Of a DNA stretch of 41,616 nucleotides, positions 18,744-26,678 are shown piece by piece. The first letter of the stretch is position 1. Each line of letters starts with the position of its first letter. A program made the translations under genes and the position numbers. A model generated the notes under the pieces. It was not told the DNA's origin. It worked only from the letters and a program-made list of their open reading frames with translations, and made no database searches. The DNA lies in the IMG/VR virus record IMGVR_UViG_3300031179_000057, positions 1-41,616 of that record; one strand, given 5' to 3'. The stretch is from a virus (taxonomy: Duplodnaviria; Caudoviricetes).

Positions 18744-18935
18744 GCCAATGGATCAGCGTTAAAGAGCGGTTGCCGGAAATCGGGGAGATAGTGTTGGTTA
18801 TCTCGACAGAGGGCTTGCAAAGCGTGGCAGAGTATCGTGGTAAGCATTTCATTGATGCTGATGGATGGAGATTGCCTAAGATAACGCACTGGCAACCGCT
18901 GCCTGAGCCGCCGGAAGGGGTGACGGTGGAGTGAG
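18726..18935 (+). repeat. 19-bp direct repeat flanking the DUF551 gene
   Basis: GGGGTGACGGTGGA(A/G)TGAG at 18726-18744 and 18917-18935. Confidence 0.85.
18740..18934 (+). CDS. DUF551 family protein
   Basis: WISVKERLPE...ITHWQPLPEPP. Confidence 0.9.
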   Translation: MSQWISVKERLPEIGEIVLVISTEGLQSVAEYRGKHFIDADGWRLPKITHWQPLPEPPEGVTVE

Positions 18936-19017
18936 TTGGCCTGAAGCGATTTTTGGATGCGTGTTTCTCATTTGCATCGCGGCTATGGTGATAGTCGTAA
19001 TTAAAGAGATGGACTGA
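18931..19017 (+). CDS. 28-aa single-pass membrane peptide (not in ORF track)
   Basis: GTGA overlap; MSWPEAIFGCVFLICIAAMVIVVIKEMD. Confidence 0.55.
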   Translation: MSWPEAIFGCVFLICIAAMVIVVIKEMD

Positions 19018-19060
19018 AACAAAATCCCCCGCCCAAGCAGGGGATCAGGCGGGGGAAAAT
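19018..19060. terminator. GC hairpin; T-tract is on the minus strand
   Basis: CCCCCGCC (19026-19033) / GGCGGGGG (19048-19055), preceded by AAACAAAAT. Confidence 0.65.
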
Positions 19061-19095
19061 GTGGAATCGCCTGACACCATTATACCACATGTGGG

Positions 19096-19722
19096 GTGTT
19101 GGGGATGGGTGCTGCACTGAAAGAAGAAATGGTCCTCGACCTTCTCTCCAGGTATCCAGAAAAACGTGCTCGCTTGGAGGTACTGTCCACGTATAGCGTC
19201 GGCGCCGGAATTACGGTGAGCCGGTTGAACGAGGATGATCACCTGCAGGAACTGCATCGAAAATTCCGCGGGCTGCCGACTTACATGTACCTGAACAAAC
19301 GAGAACAGAAGCTGGAATCCGTGGCCCATGCTTACCTGACGCGGTACCCCGCCGGCACAAAGGCACAACTTGCGGCCATTCCCAAACAGGGGGCAGACGA
19401 AGAGGATACGAAACTGCTGCGGGAGTTGCGCGAAAAGATCCGAAAGGTCATCGCCGCGCGTGGGTGGGACGAAAGGGATGACATTGACGAAGTGCTGGAC
19501 AGGATGGCGGAGTTTCAGGATTTGAAAGCAGAGATCGAGTACGTGGATAACGCGGTGAAGGCGTTGGAGCGATATAAACCGGAATATGCAAGACTCCTGC
19601 GGCTCCACTTCATCGAGGGCAAATCCTGGAGCGAGACCGCCGACGCGATGAACATTTCCAAAGACGTTTTTTACCGGTGGAAAAGGAAGGCGATCGAGGA
19701 ATTCACGAAGATTGCTGGTTGA
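19096..19722 (+). CDS. ArpU/RinA-like late transcriptional activator (sigma-70 region-4-like HTH)
   Basis: C-terminal LLRLHFIEGKSWSETADAMNISKDVFYRWKRKAIEEF; last early gene before the late region; start may be ATG 19105. Confidence 0.8.
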   Translation: MLGMGAALKEEMVLDLLSRYPEKRARLEVLSTYSVGAGITVSRLNEDDHLQELHRKFRGLPTYMYLNKREQKLESVAHAYLTRYPAGTKAQLAAIPKQGADEEDTKLLRELREKIRKVIAARGWDERDDIDEVLDRMAEFQDLKAEIEYVDNAVKALERYKPEYARLLRLHFIEGKSWSETADAMNISKDVFYRWKRKAIEEFTKIAG

Positions 19723-19724
19723 GC

Positions 19725-19800
19725 GCGAAAGAAATGCGAAAGAAACGCGAAAAAAATGCGAACAGAATGCGAACAAAAAAGCGAAATGCCGTGATAATAT
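19725..19800 (+). promoter_or_regulatory. putative late promoter: six ~11-bp tandem GCGAA repeats plus extended -10
   Basis: GCGAAAGAAAT/GCGAAAGAAAC/GCGAAAAAAAT/GCGAACAGAAT/GCGAACAAAAAA/GCGAAAT, then TG-A-TAATAT (19792-19800). Confidence 0.7.
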
Positions 19801-19805
19801 GGTAA

Positions 19806-20394
19806 TGAGGTAAAGAAGGTTGAGCGTGGGAGCCTGCCGGTTGGCTCCCGCACGGGTAAAGTCTCCATGATCGGCAGGGTGGGGCCGGGAGACTGAAGCA
19901 CTCCGCAAATTACAACGTCTTGTGGTGATCCTGTATTTGCGGAGGTGATACGGGGCGAACGCCCCAACGGTGATTCGCTCGTCTGACGCGAACAATTGCG
20001 CGTATCCTAGGTTCAGATGGGCATCACATACAGCGGCATGCGCGGGGTGAAAGCAAGGTCAGCGTTAGGCTGGCAGCGCCATTCGGGCGTGGGCTCCTTG
20101 CTCCCGGGGCCGCGCGGCAAGTAGGGGAGATTCCCTGAACGCCGTACATCCGCAACGCCGGTAGGCCGGCAGAAATATTCCCCGCGCGGGAAATTTTGGA
20201 CTGGCCGCCACCGCTGTCCGAAACCAAAGCCTCTTCGGCTATGGGAATTCTGGTTCAACCGAAGGCTCGCGTTCATATGCTGGTTACGATTGTGGGTTGG
20301 CCGGAATAGGAGGCGGGGCGGTCGCAACTTCGTGCGAGAGAGTGGAAAGAGCCACTCTTATCACAGTCCGCATATCGCGGGCTGTTTTGTTTTG
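19806..20394 (+). ncRNA. candidate large structured ncRNA (~590 nt; ROOL/GOLLD-like size and context)
   Basis: No credible ORF; more than 10 helices including long-range pairs 20030-36/20211-17 and 20040-47/20180-87; loop-loop complementarity 19835-42/19869-76; promoter before and terminator after. Confidence 0.7.
20363..20394 (+). terminator. intrinsic terminator closing the structured region
   Basis: ACAGTCCGC-ATATC-GCGGGCTGT followed by TTTGTTTT. Confidence 0.75.
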
Positions 20395-20409
20395 AATGGG
20401 GGTGTGGGT

Positions 20410-21462
20410 GTGCAGCGCGTTGTTTCGTGGACACCCGAAGAGTATGCCTATCTGCTGGAACTGATGGAAAGGAACCCTGATCATACATACCGCCAATACG
20501 CCGAAGCACTCACCCGAAAGTTTGGTCGTGAGTTTACCGGTGAGGCAGTTCGCAAAAAGTTGCAGCGCGCCGGCAGTCAAAAGGCCGGCATTCATTTTCT
20601 CGACCGCAAAAACGCCGACGAACACGATCCCGAGAAGCTTCTTTCGGTCGTCATCCAGGCGCAAAGGGAGTTTCAGAAACTGGACGATCGGCAGACATCG
20701 GTGACGATCGAGATTGACGATGACAAACCCATCGGCATCTGCTTCTCCGGAGACTGGCACCTTGGAGGTCTGTATACGGACCACGAACAGCTTCGCCTTG
20801 ACAGCGAGATCATTGCCGCTACGGACGGCCTTTACAATGTGCTGATGGGTGACTACACGGACAATTACATCACGCGGAGCCATCCGGGTGGATCGTTTGA
20901 ACAGATCGTAACGGCGGACAAGCAGAAGGAACTTTGCGAATATTTCTTCACCCGATACTATCAGCGCGGCAACCTCGCCGTCCTGAAGGGCAACCATGAT
21001 CAGTGGTCTGTGAAAGAGACGGGCGAGGACTTCATAAAGTACCTGGCGCGCCGCATTGACTCCCCTTACCTTTGGTACGGCGGGGAGATCATCATCAGGC
21101 TGGGCGAAGCGACATACCGGATACATGCGCATCACGCGTACCGGTACAACTCCAGTCTGAACACGACGAATAGCCAGCGGAACCTGTTTAATGCTACGCA
21201 CGCGGACATTATCGCGCTTGGCCACATCCACACGAATGAAACGCACGCCAAGACGGTCGGCGGTAAAGATACGGTATGGATGCGCACGGGCAGTTACAAG
21301 ATCACGGACGATTACAGCCAGTGGCTAGGCGGCCTGAAAGGCGATCCGCGAGTTCCGATGTGCGTGCTGTTCCCGGACCGGAATAAGATCGTGGATTTCC
21401 GCGATATGCGGGACGGGATCGAGTATCTCGTGATGAAACGGGCAAATCTGGCAATGGTGTGA
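20410..21462 (+). CDS. calcineurin-like metallophosphoesterase with N-terminal HTH-like region
   Basis: GDWH, GDYTD, GNHD, HAHH and GHIH motifs; WTPEE..YRQYAEALTRKFGREFTGEAVRKK N-terminus. Confidence 0.88.
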   Translation: MQRVVSWTPEEYAYLLELMERNPDHTYRQYAEALTRKFGREFTGEAVRKKLQRAGSQKAGIHFLDRKNADEHDPEKLLSVVIQAQREFQKLDDRQTSVTIEIDDDKPIGICFSGDWHLGGLYTDHEQLRLDSEIIAATDGLYNVLMGDYTDNYITRSHPGGSFEQIVTADKQKELCEYFFTRYYQRGNLAVLKGNHDQWSVKETGEDFIKYLARRIDSPYLWYGGEIIIRLGEATYRIHAHHAYRYNSSLNTTNSQRNLFNATHADIIALGHIHTNETHAKTVGGKDTVWMRTGSYKITDDYSQWLGGLKGDPRVPMCVLFPDRNKIVDFRDMRDGIEYLVMKRANLAMV

Positions 21463-21875
21463 AGGTGATAAACTTGCTTCAATCACAGACGAAGGATGCC
21501 GGATTCCCGCCGAATGTCGGAACCAGCGTCCAAAAGCCGAAAAACCAAATACATGTTTCGATCATCGGCGTCGGTCCAGATGCTCCTACGGTCGTGAATG
21601 AGGCCGGCGGGAAGCAGTCGAAATTGCCGTACCGCTTCGATCTGGTTGATTCACGCGCTATGTTCGCATTGGCAAAGGTTCTGCATGAAGGCGCAGAAAA
21701 GTACGGAGACGAAAACTGGCGCAAAATTCCCATTCGCGATCATCTGAATCATCTGCTTGCCCATGTGTTCGCCTATCTGGCCGGTGACACGCAGGACGAG
21801 CACCTGGAGCACGCCTTCTGCCGCGCCATGATGGCGGTGGCGTTGAAGTTGGAAGGGAAAGACCATGGCGGGTGA
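21459..21875 (+). CDS. dATP/dGTP diphosphohydrolase-domain (DUF5664-like) protein
   Basis: GGKQSKLPYRFDLV..LAKVLHEGAEKYGDENWRK..NHLLAH..EHLEHAFCRAMMA. Confidence 0.8.
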   Translation: MKVINLLQSQTKDAGFPPNVGTSVQKPKNQIHVSIIGVGPDAPTVVNEAGGKQSKLPYRFDLVDSRAMFALAKVLHEGAEKYGDENWRKIPIRDHLNHLLAHVFAYLAGDTQDEHLEHAFCRAMMAVALKLEGKDHGG

Positions 21876-22035
21876 ATTTGGGAGCCGGCTGAACCGGATG
21901 GAGAAGCAACGCAAACTGAAACAGCCGCGCAAATGTATCGGGTGTCCATGGGGACGGTGGGAAGGAACAGTGCAGTTTTGCCCGTGGCAGGAGTGCATCA
22001 AACAAAATCAACAGGGAGAGGGGAGCAATGTATGA
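21865..22035 (+). CDS. Cys-rich small protein (56 aa, not in ORF track)
   Basis: MAGEFGSRL..KCIGCPWGRW..QFCPWQEC. Confidence 0.6.
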   Translation: MAGEFGSRLNRMEKQRKLKQPRKCIGCPWGRWEGTVQFCPWQECIKQNQQGEGSNV

Positions 22036-22312
22036 TCTTGTCGTCACAAAGCACGCACATGAACAATATTGCCGGCGAGTAGAAGAGATTGACCGGAACG
22101 AACTTATCAGGCGGCTTAAGTCCGAAATTAAGTTGGACAAGCCGCCTTATTACTTGTTCCGTGCACTCAATAGTTGGTGGGTGCGCGAGGTAAACGGAAA
22201 AACCATCGTCGTCGTGACTTGCTACGGTAACGGGCACATGGACATACCGAAAGCGTTGCGTTGGGCGAAGATGCATAATGACAGGCTGAGGTTTGATGAC
22301 GACGTGATCTAA
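22028..22312 (+). CDS. hypothetical protein, possible RelE/BECR-like fold
   Basis: LVVTKHAHEQYCRRV N-terminus and IVVVTCY strand. Confidence 0.65.
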   Translation: MYDLVVTKHAHEQYCRRVEEIDRNELIRRLKSEIKLDKPPYYLFRALNSWWVREVNGKTIVVVTCYGNGHMDIPKALRWAKMHNDRLRFDDDVI

Positions 22313-22313
22313 A

Positions 22314-22604
22314 GTGGCGAGAGAATTTGCAGAAGCGTTCTACCGGTCAAAGGCATGGAAACAATGCCGAAGGGCCTTTTTTATTGCCAAGCATGGGATA
22401 TGTGAACGGTGCGGCGGTCCAGGGAAGATTGTCCACCACAAAGTCTATTTGACGCCACAAAACATCAATGACCCAAACGTCACGCTTAACTTTGACAACT
22501 TGGAACTGCTATGTCAGGAGTGTCACAACGAGGAGCATTTAGGCACCGGCGTAACCGTTCGCGGGCTGAAGTTCGACGAAAACGGGGATTTGGTGCCGCG
22601 GTAG
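22314..22604 (+). CDS. HNH endonuclease (packaging-associated, HK97 gp74-like)
   Basis: FYRSKAWK..CERC..VHHK..NLELLCQECHNEEH; directly upstream of TerS. Confidence 0.93.
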   Translation: MAREFAEAFYRSKAWKQCRRAFFIAKHGICERCGGPGKIVHHKVYLTPQNINDPNVTLNFDNLELLCQECHNEEHLGTGVTVRGLKFDENGDLVPR

Positions 22605-22695
22605 CCCCCCCTGTCTCTGAAAGGCGGGCCTGCGATTGACACCGCGCGCACCACCCACAAAAACCCCGGAACAAGATTCGCGCACGAGGGGGGTT
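22605..22695. other. probable cos packaging site region
   Basis: Lies between HNH and terS; a C run (22605-11) and a G run (22688-93) flank GC-rich ACCGCGCGCACCACC; based on position. Confidence 0.5.
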
Positions 22696-22714
22696 AGATT
22701 GGTGGTGAAAACTA

Positions 22715-23074
22715 ATGGATAAAGAGCAAAAAGAAAAGCTGAGAAAAAAAGAGTTGGCCAAACTTGATAAGATATTCAAGAACCTGCCTCCTGATAAGCA
22801 GAAGTTGGCCGAAGGTTTGAAATCACAAGCCGCGTTCATGGTTGCTACGCTCCAGGAATTGCAGGAGATCATGAACGAGGATGGCCCGGTTGAGATGTTC
22901 GAGCAGGGGAAGCAGCGCATGCTGCGCGAACACCCTGCTGCGAAGACATACAACACGATGGTTCGCAACTATGCTGCCGTTTGCAAAGCGCTGTTCGATC
23001 TTCTCCCCGACGAAGCGAAAAATAAATCAACCGAAGATGAGCTTATGAGCTTCGTTAAGGGTGCCGGGAAATGA
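22715..23074 (+). CDS. terS: terminase small subunit (P27-like)
   Basis: AAFMVATLQELQEIMNEDG..REHPAAKTYNTMVRNY. Confidence 0.85.
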   Translation: MDKEQKEKLRKKELAKLDKIFKNLPPDKQKLAEGLKSQAAFMVATLQELQEIMNEDGPVEMFEQGKQRMLREHPAAKTYNTMVRNYAAVCKALFDLLPDEAKNKSTEDELMSFVKGAGK

Positions 23075-24717
23075 CTAACTACATCCTCGAATATTGGAAC
23101 AAAATACAGTCCGGGGAGATTCAGGCGTGCAGGCGGCTTAAACAGCAATACCAGAAGCTGGTCGAAGAACTCGAGAACCCGCGTGATCCGTGGGTTTTTG
23201 ATTTGGAGAAAGCAAACCGTCCAATCGAGTTCATCGAACGGTTCTGCAAACACAGTAAGGGGAAATGGGCCGGCAAGCCAGTCCGCCTTGAGTTATTCCA
23301 AAAGGCCAAGATTCAAGCTGTATATGGATTCGTACACCGGGAAACAGGGCTTCGCCGGGCGCGTGAGGTGCTAATGATCGTCGGCCGCAAGAATGGGAAG
23401 TCGACGGAAAAGGCGGCGCTCGGAAACTATATGTTGTTGGCCGATGGTGAGGGCGGCGCAGAGGTCTACAGTGTTGCAACGAAGAAGGACCAGGCGCGGA
23501 TCGTCTGGACCGAGGCGCACAATATGGTCACCCAATCCCCGGCGCTGTCGAAGCACATAAAAAAACGCAAGACGGACCTGTACTTTCCGGTGACGTTCTC
23601 GAAATTCGAGCCGCTCGCCAGCGACAGCAACAGCCTTGATGGCCTCAACGTACACTATGCCATCATGGACGAGCTGCATGCAATCAAGGACCGCAACCTG
23701 TACGACGTGATCAAGCAGGCCATGACGGCCCGGGAGCAGCCGTTGCTCGACATGATCACGACAGCCGGCTTTGTGCGGGAGTGCATCTATGACAGCATCT
23801 ATGAATATGCCTGTAATGTGCTGGACGGGATCGTCGAGGACGAGCGGTTTCTGGCGTTCATCTACGAGCTGGACGACAGGTCCGAATGGACAGACTTCCG
23901 GATGTGGGAAAAAGCCAATCCGGGTCTGGGCACGATCAAGGATTATAATGAGCTTGCGGCGAACGTGGAGCGGGCGAAGAACGATCCGGATTTTATGCCG
24001 ACCGTGCTCACGAAGGATTTCAATCTCCGGGACACGGTGGCGGGGACGTGGCTCACGTTCGACCAGGTCAACAATGAAGAGACATTCACGATGGACGACA
24101 TCCGCGACACCTACGCCGTTGGCGGCGCCGACCTGTCTAGCACGACTGACTTGACGTGCGCGACGCTGCTCATCATGAAACCTGGCAGTGAAAAGATCTA
24201 TTGCCTGCAGCAATATTTCCTGCCGGCGGATGTGGTAGAGCAGCGGGTGCGCGAAGACAAGATCCCTTACGACAAATGGGCAGACCGCGGTCTGTTGACA
24301 CTTTGCGAAGGGAATAAGGTCCGGTATAGCGACGTCACGGCTTGGTTTCTCCGGATGGTGCGGGAATACAGCATCCATCCGGTCTGGATCGGGTATGACC
24401 CATGGAACTCAAAATATTGGGTCGACGAAATGGAGGCACACGGGTTCCGGATGGAAGTCGTCCGGCAAGGCGCCCAAACGCTCAGCCAACCGATGAAGGA
24501 GCTTGCGGCTGACCTGGCCGCGAAACGGATCAACTATGGAAATCATCCGATCCTAAAGTGGAATCTTACGAATGTTAGCGTCAAGCGTGATGACAATGAC
24601 AATATCCGGCCCGTGAAGGGGCAGAACCAGAGGCAGCGCATCGACGGCGCTGTCTCTTTGCTTATCGCCTACACTGTGCTTTTTAACCACATGGACGATT
24701 ACCGTGCGCTCATTTGA
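23071..24717 (+). CDS. terL: terminase large subunit
   Basis: Walker A GRKNGKST, Walker B IMDELH, ITTAG, nuclease GADLS and RIDGAVS. Confidence 0.97.
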   Translation: MTNYILEYWNKIQSGEIQACRRLKQQYQKLVEELENPRDPWVFDLEKANRPIEFIERFCKHSKGKWAGKPVRLELFQKAKIQAVYGFVHRETGLRRAREVLMIVGRKNGKSTEKAALGNYMLLADGEGGAEVYSVATKKDQARIVWTEAHNMVTQSPALSKHIKKRKTDLYFPVTFSKFEPLASDSNSLDGLNVHYAIMDELHAIKDRNLYDVIKQAMTAREQPLLDMITTAGFVRECIYDSIYEYACNVLDGIVEDERFLAFIYELDDRSEWTDFRMWEKANPGLGTIKDYNELAANVERAKNDPDFMPTVLTKDFNLRDTVAGTWLTFDQVNNEETFTMDDIRDTYAVGGADLSSTTDLTCATLLIMKPGSEKIYCLQQYFLPADVVEQRVREDKIPYDKWADRGLLTLCEGNKVRYSDVTAWFLRMVREYSIHPVWIGYDPWNSKYWVDEMEAHGFRMEVVRQGAQTLSQPMKELAADLAAKRINYGNHPILKWNLTNVSVKRDDNDNIRPVKGQNQRQRIDGAVSLLIAYTVLFNHMDDYRALI

Positions 24718-24729
24718 GGGGGTGATGGC

Positions 24730-25953
24730 TTGAAACAAAAACGATCGCTTTTCGAGATGATTTTCGGCGGGAAAACGAGGCCGAGCGAAAAACAGCAGAC
24801 ATTGCTGCGGATGCTGAATGGATTCAACCCTACATTCAGCCCCTTTTCCGGTGACGCCTACGACAGCGACGTGGTGCGGGCGGCCGTCGATGCGATTGCC
24901 CGGAATGCCGCGAAGTTGAAACCCAAGCATATCCGGGTCACGGCTGACGGCGTTCAGGAAATGAAATCGCATATTGAGCGATTGCTTTCTGTCCGTCCTA
25001 ATCCGTACATGAGCGCATACGATTTTCTGTATAAAGTCGTCACGCTCCTGTATTTGCAAAACAATGCGTTTATCTTCATCGATTGGGACGAGACCGGCGC
25101 AATGGTTCGCGGATTCTATCCGATCCCGGCATCCGTGGTGGAATTTTTGGAACCGCCTCGCGGGCAGACGATGCCGAATGTTAGATTCCGGTTTCTCGGG
25201 GGCCAATCGGTGGTTTTGCCGTATGACCAGATCGCGCATCTGCGTCGCTTTTTCTACCGCAACGATCTTTTCGGGGAGACTTCGGACCGGGCGCTCACGC
25301 CGACGCTTGAACTCATCAGCACGACGGACCAGGGCATAGCGAATGCGGTCAAATCATCCGCTTTTCTTCGTGGTATTCTGAAGTTCACGCAAATGCTGAA
25401 ACCGGAAGACCTGAAAAAACAGCGCGATGATTTTGTAAAGGATTACCTCGATATTGCGAACAATGGCGGTGTGGCAGCGACTGACGCTAAAGCGGATTAT
25501 ATTCCGCTAAATAGCGACCCAAAGATGATCGACGATAAGCAAATGGCTCAGATAAAGGACAAGGTATATTCCTATTTTGGTGTCAACGAGAAAATCGTCA
25601 AATCGAACTATACCGAGGATGAGTGGAACGCCTTTTATGAGTCCGTCATTGAGCCGATTGCAATTCAGCTTTCGTTGGAACTGACGGCGAAGGTTTTCAC
25701 CGACCGCGAACGTGGTTTCGGGAATGCGATCATCTTCGAGGCGAACCGGTTGCAATACACAAGCACCAAAACCAAACTGGAACTCCGCGAAATGGTGGAC
25801 CGCGGGGCGTTGACGCCGAACGAATGGCGCGAGGCATTCAACATGGCGCCGATCGAGGGTGGGGACAAGCCCATCCGCCGACTGGATACTGCGGAAGTCA
25901 AGACGGAGCCAGTGAACGGAGGCGATGGAGATGCCGATGCCGGTGCCGCTTGA
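24730..25953 (+). CDS. HK97-family portal protein
   Basis: VRAAVDAIA..LLSVRPNPYMSAYDF..LTPNEWREAFNMAPIEGGD. Confidence 0.95.
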   Translation: MKQKRSLFEMIFGGKTRPSEKQQTLLRMLNGFNPTFSPFSGDAYDSDVVRAAVDAIARNAAKLKPKHIRVTADGVQEMKSHIERLLSVRPNPYMSAYDFLYKVVTLLYLQNNAFIFIDWDETGAMVRGFYPIPASVVEFLEPPRGQTMPNVRFRFLGGQSVVLPYDQIAHLRRFFYRNDLFGETSDRALTPTLELISTTDQGIANAVKSSAFLRGILKFTQMLKPEDLKKQRDDFVKDYLDIANNGGVAATDAKADYIPLNSDPKMIDDKQMAQIKDKVYSYFGVNEKIVKSNYTEDEWNAFYESVIEPIAIQLSLELTAKVFTDRERGFGNAIIFEANRLQYTSTKTKLELREMVDRGALTPNEWREAFNMAPIEGGDKPIRRLDTAEVKTEPVNGGDGDADAGAA

Positions 25954-26665
25954 TGGCGAATCTCAAGAAAAATTCATCCAGCGCTGCATGTCCAACGACC
26001 TCATGGTGGAAGATTTCCCGGACGAAAAGCAGCGCTTTGCTGTTTGCATGAAGCAATATAACGGGGGTGAGAGGATGGTAAAACCGAACAAAGAATACCG
26101 CCTGATGGAAGTGCGGGCAGCGCCCTATCCGCCGGATGATGAAATGATCGTTGAGGGTTATGCGATCCGTTTCAACGAGCCGGCTGTATTTGATTTTTTC
26201 GGCCAAGAATACCGCGAAATCATTGACCCCGGGGCGCTTCGAGAGGCGGACTTGCGGGATGTGCCCTTCAAGTACAACCATAGCGACAGCGTTATGATCA
26301 TGGCCCGAACCAGGAATAAGACGCTTGAACTTATTCCGGATGACAAGGGCCTTTTTATTCGGGCGAAACTGGCCGACACCACGGCTGGACGCGACCTCTA
26401 TACGCTGATCAAACGCGGGGACATCGACAAGATGTCTTTTGCTTTTACCGTCGCGGATGATGGGGACGAATATGATCGTTCAACCCGCACGCGAATCATC
26501 AAGCGCATCAAAAAAATTTGGGATGTCGCCGCGGTGGATACCCCGGCTTACGATACGACATCTATCTCGGCAAGGAGCTTCTTCGAGATGGAGATCGAGA
26601 AGGAGCGCAAGGCGGCGGAGGCTGCCAATTTGCGTCGGAGATTGATTCTGAAAACATTTTTGTAA
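25931..26665 (+). CDS. HK97-family prohead protease with extra N-terminal module (internal start at 26075)
   Basis: VEGYAIRFN..FKYNH..KMSFAF..DVAAVDTPAYDTT. Confidence 0.92.
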   Translation: MPMPVPLDGESQEKFIQRCMSNDLMVEDFPDEKQRFAVCMKQYNGGERMVKPNKEYRLMEVRAAPYPPDDEMIVEGYAIRFNEPAVFDFFGQEYREIIDPGALREADLRDVPFKYNHSDSVMIMARTRNKTLELIPDDKGLFIRAKLADTTAGRDLYTLIKRGDIDKMSFAFTVADDGDEYDRSTRTRIIKRIKKIWDVAAVDTPAYDTTSISARSFFEMEIEKERKAAEAANLRRRLILKTFL

Positions 26666-26678
26666 TTCCAAAAGGGAG

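Noticed and set aside
19045-19995. 316-aa minus-strand ORF covering the activator gene and part of the structured region
   Set aside because: Antisense shadow of a well-supported gene; no RBS or domain; does not explain the base-pairing pattern
20013-20327. Minus-strand ORFs (104 aa, 67 aa) within the candidate ncRNA
   Set aside because: Pro/Arg-rich, no RBS, opposite to the promoter/terminator orientation; expected by chance in GC-rich DNA
19806-20394. tRNA cluster or self-splicing intron
   Set aside because: No cloverleaf with a TTCGA T-loop recognised; no interrupted gene, no GTGCG 5' end or domain V, no intron-encoded protein; an Rfam scan is still needed
20290-20409. Extended N-terminus of the metallophosphoesterase in the ORF track
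   Set aside because: Runs through the terminator hairpin; GTG at 20410 with a GGGGGTG RBS is the better start
21459-21875. Z-genome (2-aminoadenine) pathway
   Set aside because: No purZ, datZ-like HD hydrolase or dedicated polymerase visible in the prophage
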